Positions 45,486 to 55,915 are shown, counted from the first letter of the stretch. The stretch is DNA of 64,000 bases from Candidatus Omnitrophota bacterium (GCA_030632085.1 DAOVJY010000003.1:23809-87808); one strand, 5' to 3'. Numbers and translations are program-made. Notes: generated from the sequence alone by a model not told the origin.

Positions 45486-45876
45486 CTTTTTGCTACTGAT
45501 TGTTACAATGTGCCTACCCGAGCAAAATTTTTTTCGGTAACAACTTATCTCCAAACAGTAATGCTTAATTATTCCCTGAGTGGGTATTTAAACAAGTGTT
45601 AAATTAGCTTCTTCAAATAGCACTTTTATAATACTTAAATCAATTTCAAGGCTAATATCCCTGTTGCGAAACAAGTCATATATGGGGAGCCAAAATCAAA
45701 AAAAGGTCCGCTCATTAATTTGGGCGGATTTTTTTATTTTAAGGACAAGAGAGCGTAAGCCCAAAAAGGGGTTTTAAGGGGAAAATTATTATTTTGCTAT
45801 TGACAGAATAAGCAATGTATGTTAATATACTGTTCGTATGTTAAATATGTTTACTTATTTTTAAAGGAGCAAACAA

Positions 45877-46089
45877 ATGAACGACAAGAAGGAAAGATTT
45901 AAAAGGTTGGCAACAAAAAGGACTAATACTATCCTGCAGAAAATTAAAGTATTAGGAAATTGTTCCAATAGGCAGATATACGACTATACCGAAGAGCAAA
46001 TAAATAGTATTTTTTTTGTAATAGAAAGAAAAGTTAAAGAGGCTAAAGCAAAGTTTCATTTTTCGAAAGAAGATAAATTTAAATTATAA
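45877..46089 (+). CDS. Small helical protein
   Basis: KERFKRLATKRTN...LGNCSNR..YDYT; AAGGAG RBS. Confidence 0.75.
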   Translation: MNDKKERFKRLATKRTNTILQKIKVLGNCSNRQIYDYTEEQINSIFFVIERKVKEAKAKFHFSKEDKFKL

Positions 46090-46104
46090 GATTAGGAGAT
46101 TACC

Positions 46105-48507
46105 ATGGATACAAAGAAACTATTTTGGTCAATATTTAGCGCCAAAGATGAAGCTGCATTACATAATATAGTTTTACGGAATGAGTTGTTAAGTAATAAT
46201 CATAATTGGTTTCCCTATGGTGGCAGAGATAAAAATGACAGAAGTAATTTTGGTACTTTTGAAAATCAACAAAGTAATCCTGTGCCGGCATTAATAGAAA
46301 AGGTAACCAATTCCATAGACTCTCTTCTATTAAAACAATGTAAATTAATGAAAATTGACCCTAAGTCAAAAGAAGCTCCTTCGAATATGGCTATCGCGGT
46401 TGAGAAATTTTTCGATATAAAAAATGGCGATTTTAGTGAAATATCGCAATCTGGGCGGAGAAGCATTGCAGAAGATATTCAGGTTATAGCTGAAGGTGAT
46501 AAGCAAATGCCCAATTTGTTGATATATGATTATGGCGAAGGCCAGCATCCAGACGACTTTCATAAGACGTTTCTGTCTCTTTCCAGGTGTAATAAAACAG
46601 ATATACCCTTTGTGCAAGGAAAATATAATATGGGATCCACTGGAGCAGTAATATTTTGTGGAGACCATAGGTATCAGTTGATTGCTTCAAAATTATGCAA
46701 CGAATTAAATACAAAAGCATCTAATGATTTTGGTTTTACTTTGGTAAGAAAACACCCTTTAACTGAAGAAGAAGAGGGGCGCTTAAAAAGTAGTTGGTAT
46801 GAATATTTTACTATTGATGGAAAGATCCCGCGCTTCAGTATTAAAGAGATAGATTTAGGCTTATACAAAAGAAAATTTACAACAGGAGCTATCGTCAAGC
46901 TATATTCTTATGGATTACCTAAGGGCTCACGATCATATGTTACGTGGGATCTTTGGAGAGATTTTAATCATTATTTATATCATCCGGCTTTACCTTTTCT
47001 AGTTTATGAAAAAAGGTGGTCAAATCAAAAAACTCCATCTAAGCCTGTATTGGGTAACAAAATCAGACTAACGCTTGATGATAGAGACAAGAAGGAGGAT
47101 GAGAGTCTCACTATAACAATTTCGGATTCTAAAATAGGTGAAGTTCCAATAGAGACACATGTTTTTAAACAACATGTTGACCAAAAGGAATTCATTAATA
47201 ACAAAGCTGTGGTTTTTACGCAAAATGGCCAAGTTCATGGATTTTTGACAAGATCATTTATTTCTAAAGTCCTTGGTTTTCCTTTATTACGGGATCATAT
47301 GCTAATACAAGTTAATTGTACCAAGATTAAAACATCTGTTCGCCAAGATCTCTTTAAGGGGTCAAGAGATAGGTTGAATGAAGGCATAAAAACAGAACTA
47401 TTAATAGATAAAATTACTGTTGCATTGAGAGATAATGAAAAATTAAAGCTGCTAAATCAAAATCGAAAAAATAGAATATTGAGAGAAAGCACTGAAGATA
47501 AAAACTTACTGGCAACCGTGCTAACTAATCTTTCCATTGATAAAGAAATAATGAAGTTACTTAAAAATAATGAGGAATTTAATTTATTTAAGAAACTAAA
47601 TAAATTTAAGAAGGAAGATAAAGCTGATAAGCAAAAAGAGAACAAAAAAGCAAAATATATTTCCAAAAGGTTCCCATCTATATTCAAAATCAATATAGAT
47701 GAAAATGGCTTCGGGAAAAAACTAAAAAGCGTTCCTTTGGGTGGGAAGGGAATAATTAGGTTTGCGACAGATGTTGAAGACGAATATCTTTTTAGACCTA
47801 AGGAAAAGGGAGAATTGGAACTTGCTGTTCTCGGCATAAAATCTAATGGAGGCGGCGGAGATGATGGCTCAAACCCTTCTAAAGTAGAGGATATATTCGA
47901 TATTACTAAAGCAGGGCCAACAGACAATTCAATAAAAATTACATTTGAACCTAAAGCCAATGTGAACGTTGGCGATGAAATCGAATTAAAAGCTCGACTA
48001 TCTTCTCCGAGCGGAGATTTAGAATCAATATTTTGGGTACGGATTATAGATCCGCAACAAACAGGTCAAAAAGTTAAAGAAAATAAGGAAAAAGATAATA
48101 TTGCACCCCCAATTCCTATTAGAGTTTTTGAGTATGCAGAAAAAAAAGAAGATAAAACGTGGGAAGATTATGGCTGGGGCGGCAATGATATAACTAAAAT
48201 TATTACATCGCAAGTTGGGAAGGGTGAAACAGCAATAGAAGCTATAGCAGTTAATATGGGTTGTTTTGCATTAAAGAGATTCCTTTCTAAGAAGCAGTTT
48301 AAAACAGAAGAAGAAATAAGAACAATTAAAAACAAATTTTTCATAACTGTATATCTACACAGCCTGTTTCTATACAGCATTCTTGATAGAATAAATAAAG
48401 ACGAAAATTGTGACACAGAGATAGATCCAGATGATATTGTTCCGATAATTTTTAAACCTTATAGCAACTTTCTTCTTTCTTCGAGTATGATTGAAAGTTT
48501 GATATAA
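46105..48507 (+). CDS. GHKL/MORC-like ATPase domain protein
   Basis: EKVTNSID (ExxxNxxD), DYGEG, GKYNMG. Confidence 0.75.
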   Translation: MDTKKLFWSIFSAKDEAALHNIVLRNELLSNNHNWFPYGGRDKNDRSNFGTFENQQSNPVPALIEKVTNSIDSLLLKQCKLMKIDPKSKEAPSNMAIAVEKFFDIKNGDFSEISQSGRRSIAEDIQVIAEGDKQMPNLLIYDYGEGQHPDDFHKTFLSLSRCNKTDIPFVQGKYNMGSTGAVIFCGDHRYQLIASKLCNELNTKASNDFGFTLVRKHPLTEEEEGRLKSSWYEYFTIDGKIPRFSIKEIDLGLYKRKFTTGAIVKLYSYGLPKGSRSYVTWDLWRDFNHYLYHPALPFLVYEKRWSNQKTPSKPVLGNKIRLTLDDRDKKEDESLTITISDSKIGEVPIETHVFKQHVDQKEFINNKAVVFTQNGQVHGFLTRSFISKVLGFPLLRDHMLIQVNCTKIKTSVRQDLFKGSRDRLNEGIKTELLIDKITVALRDNEKLKLLNQNRKNRILRESTEDKNLLATVLTNLSIDKEIMKLLKNNEEFNLFKKLNKFKKEDKADKQKENKKAKYISKRFPSIFKINIDENGFGKKLKSVPLGGKGIIRFATDVEDEYLFRPKEKGELELAVLGIKSNGGGGDDGSNPSKVEDIFDITKAGPTDNSIKITFEPKANVNVGDEIELKARLSSPSGDLESIFWVRIIDPQQTGQKVKENKEKDNIAPPIPIRVFEYAEKKEDKTWEDYGWGGNDITKIITSQVGKGETAIEAIAVNMGCFALKRFLSKKQFKTEEEIRTIKNKFFITVYLHSLFLYSILDRINKDENCDTEIDPDDIVPIIFKPYSNFLLSSSMIESLI

Positions 48508-48571
48508 TATACAGAGAAATACAAAGATAAAGAGAGAGGCACCTTTTTATTTATAAATAGGAGACAAAAAA

Positions 48572-49276
48572 ATGAAAGAAAAATTGTGTTCTATGGTGAA
48601 TAGGGAAGTAAAATTAAATCATCAAACGTTGAAAGTAGAAAAACAAAACGCGAAAGCTTTAATTGAAGGCTTTTTGAAAAAGTCTGAACCCAAGAGGTGT
48701 TACTCCTCTATATTTACCGCTCATTTAAGGGCAGTGTCACTGCAAAGAGATTTTCGTTGTGTACCAAAATTATTAACAACATTTAGGGCGGGCCCTAGGG
48801 CGATATATCCTTTAAGTTATATTGGCGAGAGTTTGCATGCTGAAGGATATGCGACGAGCGGAACACACATTGCAATTTTAGATCGAATTTTTCATATAGA
48901 AAATAATATGAAAATTTGGGAAAACTTATGCAATAACGGCATCTTCGACATATGGGAACCAGAAGCGCCTTATAATAGTCTTCGCGAAAAAGACGGACTT
49001 CGCGACAAAATTGATCCCATGATTCTCTTGTTAAGAATATTTGAGATTGATAAAGATTTTAGTGATGAAATATATTTAGGTAGATATTCAGACAGCATTG
49101 TAGGGAGTCGCGTTAGAATAATTTGCCCTATAATACCAGCTGATAAAGATGATAAATTTAGTGCTGATTATGACGGAACTTACTACTTCAAAGACATTAT
49201 TGAAAAAATAAGAAACGGGATATCAAATTACTTAATTCAAGAAGAAAAACTGTGTGATACTTCTAAAATGTATTAA
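48572..49276 (+). CDS. Hypothetical protein
   Basis: 234-aa ORF with AGGAG RBS. Confidence 0.65.
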   Translation: MKEKLCSMVNREVKLNHQTLKVEKQNAKALIEGFLKKSEPKRCYSSIFTAHLRAVSLQRDFRCVPKLLTTFRAGPRAIYPLSYIGESLHAEGYATSGTHIAILDRIFHIENNMKIWENLCNNGIFDIWEPEAPYNSLREKDGLRDKIDPMILLLRIFEIDKDFSDEIYLGRYSDSIVGSRVRIICPIIPADKDDKFSADYDGTYYFKDIIEKIRNGISNYLIQEEKLCDTSKMY

Positions 49277-49510
49277 AGGTTCCACCGAATGAAAATCGGG
49301 AAGATACAATACTTAAATGATCAAGAATGCAAAAAAGCGGGAGGGCAGGTTCTTTGGGAAAGGGTCGTCCAAGATTGATTGAATTTCGTTTCCCTTACGG
49401 ATATACATCTTTGCAAGTAGTTGCATTACTTGAGATTTGATTTTTGAAGTGATAAAATATAGGATAAATAAGGCTTATAGCCTGTAGAAACATTGAAGGG
49501 GGAGGATTTG

Positions 49511-49846
49511 ATGAAAAAAATTAAAACAAAGATGAAAAAGCAAATTACCAAAGCGATAGGAAAGCAGTTTAAAAAGGTTATTGCGAAGAACGTAGATGCT
49601 GCTGACCCAAGCGCTTTAAATGGCGCTGCAAAACTGGCAGAGGAAATAGCTTTAAAGACTTTTGGTATAAAGGCAACTGCAAATGCAAAATCTAAAATGA
49701 CTACATCAAAAACAAAGAGCAAAGAATTTAAAATAAAGATTAAGGGTATGGAAAAAGCAGCATGGGATGCTTTAAAGGGAGCAGAAATAGATAAAGCCCT
49801 TAAGGAGCGATTAAAAGTAGAGGTACGCTTTACTTACAGATTTTAA
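49511..49846 (+). CDS. Lys/Ala-rich hypothetical protein
   Basis: GGAGG RBS before ATG at 49511. Confidence 0.55.
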   Translation: MKKIKTKMKKQITKAIGKQFKKVIAKNVDAADPSALNGAAKLAEEIALKTFGIKATANAKSKMTTSKTKSKEFKIKIKGMEKAAWDALKGAEIDKALKERLKVEVRFTYRF

Positions 49847-50029
49847 CTAAGTGATTACAAAGCGTAAGGCATGAAAAAAGTTCGTTATCTTTTAACTGTA
49901 CATCAAACCAAGCAGATACAGTAAAAAATAACCTCTTTTCTATAATTCTAGGAGGAGCACAATATTTAAAAAAGTCCTAAAAGTTTAATGGGATGTTTTT
50001 GCCTTTTTTGTTATCAACATCGTCTAGTC

Positions 50030-51330
50030 CGGGGAGCCAAAATTTAAAAGGCCGCATGAAAGTGTGGCCTTTTAAATTATTAACCTCTGGAAACTTGACG
50101 AGAACCTACGACTTGAAGAATGGTTCTGACCGAGCAGAGCGAGGAAATGCCGAACAAGTTATTTAAATTCGGCGCCTACCCGGAGAGCAAACATTTGTAA
50201 CTTATTTATTTTAAATAAGGTACAATAAGCATACCTTTCTATTTTTAGATGGGCTTTTTCTTTGGTTTGCTGTAAAATTTAAAGATTTATAAGTAATTAA
50301 GTTAATGGTATTGAATTTAGTGATTAGTGTGGTATAATTGGTATAGATGGAATGAGGAAATGTACTAGACAAAAAGTTCTTGACAGATTGAATGTTATAA
50401 GGTAATATTACTTATCATCCCAGCGAAGTCTCGTATTTCGTTGGCCCCGAATTCCTTAATGGATTCGGGTTTTTTTATATATAAAATGGAGAGAAAATGT
50501 GAATAGAGTTGCTGTTTTTGTTGACGGGTTTAATCTTTATCACGCCTTGGACTGTGATTTAGTATACCATAAATATAAATGGTTAGACCTTGAAAAGTTT
50601 TCAAAATGCTTTACTTTACCTGGAGATACCCTTGGTGATGTTTTATATTTTACTGCATATATAACTTGGAACTCTCAAAAATTAGCTAAGCATCAAATTT
50701 ATATCAAAGCTCTGCAATTAGTTGGTGTCACTCCTGTCTTTGGAGCCTTTAGAATGAAAGATACTGTTTGTCGAATATGCCATAGAGCATATAAAAAACC
50801 TGAAGAAAAACAAACAGATGTTAATATTGCGATAAAGCTTTTTGAAACTGCAATATCTGATACTTGGGATACTGCTTTGATTGTATCTGGAGATAGCGAC
50901 CTTATCCCGGCTATACAAGCTGTTAAAAGAACCTTTCCAATCAAAAGAATAGGCATTGTCATACCAATTGGGAGAAGAGCGGAAGAATTGAAAAAAGTTG
51001 CAGATTTTCATAGTAAGGTAAAGCAAAAACATTTAAAAACCTGTCAATTTAATGATGTTATAACGCTTAATAATAATCATACCTTAAAGCGTCCTGATTC
51101 TTGGAAGTAGTTTAAATGAAAAAGGGCAGTTGTATTTCATAGTTAGTATGCAGAAAGTTGCGAATCTCGTTCAATGCGGGGAGCCAAAATTTAAAAGGCC
51201 GTGTGAAAGCGCGGCCTTTTAAATTATTAACCTCTGGAAGATTGACGAGAACCTTGTGCCGTAAGGCACAGGTTGAGCGACCGACCGCAGCGAGGAAATG
51301 CCGAACAAGTTATTTGAAGTCGGCGCCTAC
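50030..51330 (+). repeat. Two ~150-bp tRNA-linked repeats (50030-50179 and 51177-51330)
   Basis: CGGGGAGCCAAAATTTAAAAGGCCG...TTGACGAGAACC...GCGAGGAAATGCCGAACAAGTTATTT...CGGCGCCTAC in both copies. Confidence 0.9.
50499..51110 (+). CDS. NYN-domain (PIN-like) ribonuclease
   Basis: FVDGFNLYH, EEKQTDVNIA, SGDSDL. Confidence 0.9.
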   Translation: MNRVAVFVDGFNLYHALDCDLVYHKYKWLDLEKFSKCFTLPGDTLGDVLYFTAYITWNSQKLAKHQIYIKALQLVGVTPVFGAFRMKDTVCRICHRAYKKPEEKQTDVNIAIKLFETAISDTWDTALIVSGDSDLIPAIQAVKRTFPIKRIGIVIPIGRRAEELKKVADFHSKVKQKHLKTCQFNDVITLNNNHTLKRPDSWK

Positions 51331-51649
51331 AAACTTAGCATTATATAGCTTGTTTAAGCGTTTATTTACTTACTCACGTTGATTTCTAAGCATGCTTAGA
51401 CGTTTCTCTTGCAGTCCTCAGCATTCTTATTGCTTTCCTTTTAACTCTTGCCATAGCCGGTAAGGCGGTATCAGGGGTAGGCTTAAAATAGTGACAAATT
51501 AGTAGAAATAGTGTACAATACATGCTCGTTACATAGTAATTAATAAAATGAAGATGTTTAAAGACCGCTAGGTTTAGAAGCATTTGCCTAAGTGGTTTTT
51601 ATTTTTTAACACAATTAAACAAATAAACACAAAAGTAGGTTATTAGATT

Positions 51650-53266
51650 ATGATTTCAGCTAATGGTGTATCGTTGCGTTATGGAAAACGCACTCTTTTT
51701 TTAGATGTAAATATAACTTTTTCTCCCGGGAATTGTTACGGGTTGATTGGTGCCAATGGTTCCGGCAAATCAACATTCTTAAAAATACTCTCCGGGGAAG
51801 TTGATTCTACAAAAGGTGATATTGCAGTTTCTCCAGATAAACGGATCTCTGTTTTAGAACAGGATCAGTTTGCTTTTGACGAATATACCGTATTAAACAC
51901 AGTTATTAGGGGACATAAGAAGCTATATGATATTATGATAGAAAGAGATGATATCTGTGCTAATGAAAATTTTTCCGATGAAGATGGAATTCGTCTTGCG
52001 GATCTTGAAGGTGAGTTTGCTGACTTAGATGGGTGGAACGCCGAACCAAACGCGGCTAAATTATTAAGTGATCTAGGAATTCCGGAAGAATTTCATGATT
52101 TGCAGATGAAGCAGCTTGAAGGAGGACGAAAGGTGCGCGTGCTTTTAGCGCAAGCACTATTCGGTAATCCAGACATCTTGTTGCTTGATGAACCTACTAA
52201 TCATCTGGATGTTGAAACGTGCATGTGGCTTGAAGGGTTCTTGTATAATTTTGAAAATATAGCTATTGTTGTTTCGCATGACCGTCATTTTTTAAATAAA
52301 GTTTGTACTCATATCGCGGATATTGATTATGGTAAAATTCAGTTGTATCCGGGAAATTTCAGATTCTGGTTACAATCAAGTCAGCTTGCATTAAAACAAC
52401 GTAACGATTATAATAAAAAGACACTTGAAAAAAGAAAGGAACTTCAGGTATTTATAGCTCGCTTTAGTGCTAATGCGTCTAAATCTAAACAGGCAACTAG
52501 TCGTAAAAGAGCTCTGGAGAAACTTACTCTTGAAGATATAAAACCATCCTCTAGAAAATCTCCCTATATTAATTTTAAGGTTGAAAAGGACGCTGGTAAT
52601 AACCTCTTAAGTATAAAGGGACTCTCAAAATCAGTAGATGGTGTAACTATGTTTAAGGACCTCTCTATAAAGATTGAAAGAAATGATAAGATTGCTTTTG
52701 TTGGATCACAGAACCTTATCAAGTCAACGCTCTTTCGTGTTTTAATGGGTGAGACTCCTGCTGATGAAGGTACTTTTAAATGGGGGGCTGCTACTTCAAG
52801 AGCATATTTTCCTAAGGATAATGCTAAATACTTTGATCTTGACCTTAATATTGTTGAGTGGCTTAGGCAATATATAAGAGCTACTGATGATGCTTCTGTA
52901 CGTGGATTTTTAGGACGTATGTTATTTTCCGGGGAAGAATCTTTAAAGTCAGTTAGGGTATTATCCGGAGGGGAAAAGGTCAGGTGTATTCTAGCGCGTA
53001 TGATGCTGGTGCAGGGCAATGTATTGATCTTGGATGAACCAACCAACCATTTGGACTTAGAATCAATAGCATCTCTAAATAAAGCCCTAGAGGAATTTCC
53101 AGGAACAATTCTATTCTCTTCTCATGACCATCAGCTTGTGCAAACTGTTGCCAATCGTATTATTGAAATTACCCCCCATGGTTTTGTGGATAGGGTAATG
53201 ACAACATATGATGAATATTTGTCTGATAAATCGGTTAAAAAGCAGCTTCAGAAACTCTACCCTTAG
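51650..53266 (+). CDS. ABC-F family ATPase (YbiT/YkpA-like)
   Basis: Two ABC domains, GANGSGKST, LLLDEPTNHLD, no TM segments. Confidence 0.93.
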   Translation: MISANGVSLRYGKRTLFLDVNITFSPGNCYGLIGANGSGKSTFLKILSGEVDSTKGDIAVSPDKRISVLEQDQFAFDEYTVLNTVIRGHKKLYDIMIERDDICANENFSDEDGIRLADLEGEFADLDGWNAEPNAAKLLSDLGIPEEFHDLQMKQLEGGRKVRVLLAQALFGNPDILLLDEPTNHLDVETCMWLEGFLYNFENIAIVVSHDRHFLNKVCTHIADIDYGKIQLYPGNFRFWLQSSQLALKQRNDYNKKTLEKRKELQVFIARFSANASKSKQATSRKRALEKLTLEDIKPSSRKSPYINFKVEKDAGNNLLSIKGLSKSVDGVTMFKDLSIKIERNDKIAFVGSQNLIKSTLFRVLMGETPADEGTFKWGAATSRAYFPKDNAKYFDLDLNIVEWLRQYIRATDDASVRGFLGRMLFSGEESLKSVRVLSGGEKVRCILARMMLVQGNVLILDEPTNHLDLESIASLNKALEEFPGTILFSSHDHQLVQTVANRIIEITPHGFVDRVMTTYDEYLSDKSVKKQLQKLYP

Positions 53267-53608
53267 CCTCATTCCGCCCTTTAAAATGAAAAATTGTGAA
53301 TCTTGTCTATAATGAAAAAATGGGTTACACCTATTTTTAAATTATTAAACTCTGAAAGAAGGAACTTTTATGCTAAAAGTGTCGATAATATTTTACACTA
53401 TCAGCTTGACTTTTTTGTGTGTAAAAAAATCAAACAAATGCTTAATGCATAATTTAGTTGACAAATAGAGAAAAATAGTAGATGCTATATACAGTAGTAA
53501 ATGAGGGAATTGAAGTTTTAGTCTGCAAAAGAACAAAAGTTTCGTGTTGCGATTTTTTATTTCTGCCGTTATTTACTAAAATTTTGGAAGAAGGAGGTAC
53601 AGTAAGTA

Positions 53609-53812
53609 ATGGCAACAGGAAAAGTTAAATGGTTCAGTGATCAAAAGGGTTATGGTTTTATAACGCCGGATGACGGAAGCAAAGATTGTTTTGTTCACCA
53701 CAGTGTAATTCAGGGTGATGGCTTCAAAAGTTTAGGCGAAGGCCAGGCAGTCGAATTCGAAGTTGAAGACGGCCCTAAAGGTCCACAGGCCACAAAAGTA
53801 ACAAAAATATAA
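53609..53812 (+). CDS. cspA: Cold-shock protein
   Basis: GKVKWF...KGYGFI...FVHHS. Confidence 0.95.
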   Translation: MATGKVKWFSDQKGYGFITPDDGSKDCFVHHSVIQGDGFKSLGEGQAVEFEVEDGPKGPQATKVTKI

Positions 53813-53821
53813 GTAAAAAAA

Positions 53822-53862
53822 CAAATAAAGCCCGGTGAATTATAGCCGGGCTTTATTTATTT
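53822..53862 (+). terminator. Intrinsic terminator
   Basis: AAATAAAGCCCGG-loop-CCGGGCTTTATTT. Confidence 0.85.
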
Positions 53863-53946
53863 GTGCTCCGTTTGTCCTTTGTAACTCGAAGAGCGAAAGA
53901 GGAGAGGGATATTAGGGAGGCGCAATTTAATAATATGGTGTGTTGA

Positions 53947-55482
53947 ATGGGATATAGAGAAATTTTATTAAAGCTGCCCACTGATTACATAGAGGCCCAG
54001 CTCAGAGAAAAAATCGAAGAAGAACTCGGAACAAAAGAGTTTTTATATCAAATTAAAAGAAAAAGCCTTGATGCCAGAAGAAAAGGTAATATTCACTGGC
54101 AAATTTTGGTTTCGGCCTCATCAGAACAAATTAATGGAGAAGCTCCTGTTGTACCCCCACCGCTAAATATTCCATATCGAAAAAGAACAGAGAAAGTTCT
54201 GGTTGTTGGAAGCGGCCCTGCCGGATTTTTTTCGGCATTCGTACTTCAAAAAGCGGGCTTTAATACAACGTTGATAGAAAGAGGCTCGGATGTTAAAAAA
54301 AGGGCCGAGGGAATCAGGGAGTTCGAGAGAACCGGCCTGTTTAACTCTGTGAGTAATTATGCCTTTGGTGAAGGCGGCGCGGGAACATTCTCCGATGGGA
54401 AGCTTACCTCAAGATCCAAACATATTTTACGGGAAAAAGAGTTTATAATATCAAGTTATATTGATGCAGGCGCCCCCGAAGAGATAAGGTATATGGCGCA
54501 CCCTCATCTTGGAAGCGACAATCTTAAAAAACTTGTCAAAACACTTAGAGAAAAGTTTTTGAATATCGGAGGGAAAGTTTTTTTTGAAACACAGTTGGAA
54601 GATTTAAAGATTGAAAATGGAAGAGTATCTGAGGCGGTAACAACTTCAGGTACATTCGTCGCTGATGAGTTTATTGTCGCGCCGGGCCATTCCGCCTATG
54701 AGACATATCGAATGTTAATCAAAAGGGGAGTTGGATTTCGTACAAAAAATTTTGCCATTGGCTGCAGAATAGAACATCCTCAGGAAATTATTAACCAAGC
54801 TCAGTGGGGACAAAAAAGCCTGCCGGGAGTCAAGGGTGCTGAATATCGCCTGACATCAAGAGGTGCCGGCGGCCTGTCGGTGTATACATTTTGTATGTGC
54901 CCCGGTGGACGTATTATTCCCGCCGCGGCCTATAAGAATACAAATATAGTAAATGGGATGAGTCCGTATAGTAGAGATGGTAAATTCGCGAACGCGGCTT
55001 GTGTGGCGGGAGTTAATTTGGACAGGTTAAACGGTAGGCCAACATCGCCTCTAGAAGCTCTTGAATGGCTGGGAGGCCTTGAAGAACGGTTTTATAAATA
55101 TTCAAATGGTTTTAAAGTTCCGTTTTGCGGTATCAGGAATTTTATTAATAAAAAAGAGAGTTTGACTATTGCTGAGACAAGCTATCCTTTGGGATTGAAG
55201 CCGGCGGCGTTATGGGATTTACTGCCTGCTGAAGTAAGCAGCGCGATTAGGCAAGGGCTTAAGGATTTTAGCAGAAAAATAAAAGGATTTGAAACAGGCT
55301 CTATTATGGGGCTTGAGAGTAAAAGTTCGTCACCTATTCAGGTTTTGCGGGAAGAAAACAGGCTCTCAATCGGTTTTAAAAATCTTTATATAGCGGGAGA
55401 AGGCAGCGGCCGTGCCGGCGGCATAATATCAAGCGGAGCTGACGGTATAAAGGCGGCTATGGCTATCATAGGGAAAGATTAG
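53947..55482 (+). CDS. FAD-dependent oxidoreductase
   Basis: VVGSGPAG, FGEGGAGTFSDGKL, FCMCPGG. Confidence 0.88.
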   Translation: MGYREILLKLPTDYIEAQLREKIEEELGTKEFLYQIKRKSLDARRKGNIHWQILVSASSEQINGEAPVVPPPLNIPYRKRTEKVLVVGSGPAGFFSAFVLQKAGFNTTLIERGSDVKKRAEGIREFERTGLFNSVSNYAFGEGGAGTFSDGKLTSRSKHILREKEFIISSYIDAGAPEEIRYMAHPHLGSDNLKKLVKTLREKFLNIGGKVFFETQLEDLKIENGRVSEAVTTSGTFVADEFIVAPGHSAYETYRMLIKRGVGFRTKNFAIGCRIEHPQEIINQAQWGQKSLPGVKGAEYRLTSRGAGGLSVYTFCMCPGGRIIPAAAYKNTNIVNGMSPYSRDGKFANAACVAGVNLDRLNGRPTSPLEALEWLGGLEERFYKYSNGFKVPFCGIRNFINKKESLTIAETSYPLGLKPAALWDLLPAEVSSAIRQGLKDFSRKIKGFETGSIMGLESKSSSPIQVLREENRLSIGFKNLYIAGEGSGRAGGIISSGADGIKAAMAIIGKD

Positions 55483-55563
55483 TATATAGTTTATATCAAT
55501 GCTTTTTTCTTTATAATACTCTTCCCTTGACAAATGTACCAATTATGATACACTTAGAAAAGA

Positions 55564-55913
55564 TGAAGATAGAAAATCATTTACCAGTTTTATTTTATAG
55601 AACCGACACAGGAAAAGAACCCGTGAGGGAATGGTTACAATTTCTATCTAAGAAGGAAAAAAAGCTAATAGGTGAAGATATTAAAACTGTTCAATTCGGT
55701 TGGCCGTTAGGAATGCCGTTGGTGAGAAAATTAATTCCCGGAATATGGGAAATACGAACGCAATTAGATAATAAAATTTCACGGGTTTTATTTACCATTT
55801 ATGAAAACCATTGTGTTCTTCTCCATGGATTTATTAAGAAAACACAGAAAATACCAAAGCAAGATTTAGATTTGGCTATTCAACGAATGAAACAAGTAAA
55901 AAAAGGCGGCTAA
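55564..55913 (+). CDS. RelE/ParE (Gp49-like) toxin
   Basis: EPVREWL, GWPLGMPLVRK, LLHGFIKKTQK; track start 55527 coincides with the TTGACA promoter. Confidence 0.88.
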
Positions 55914-55915
55914 TT

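Larger units (their letters stand above)
39896..50040. mobile_element. Integrative island 2 in tRNA-Asn (large serine recombinase)
   Basis: CCGGGGAGCCAA repeated at 50029-50040; 12-bp inverted arms ATGTTGATAACA (39917) and TGTTATCAACAT (50009). Confidence 0.8.

Noticed and set aside
51158-51382. 74-aa ORF
   Set aside because: Overlies the tRNA-linked repeat and terminator hairpin.
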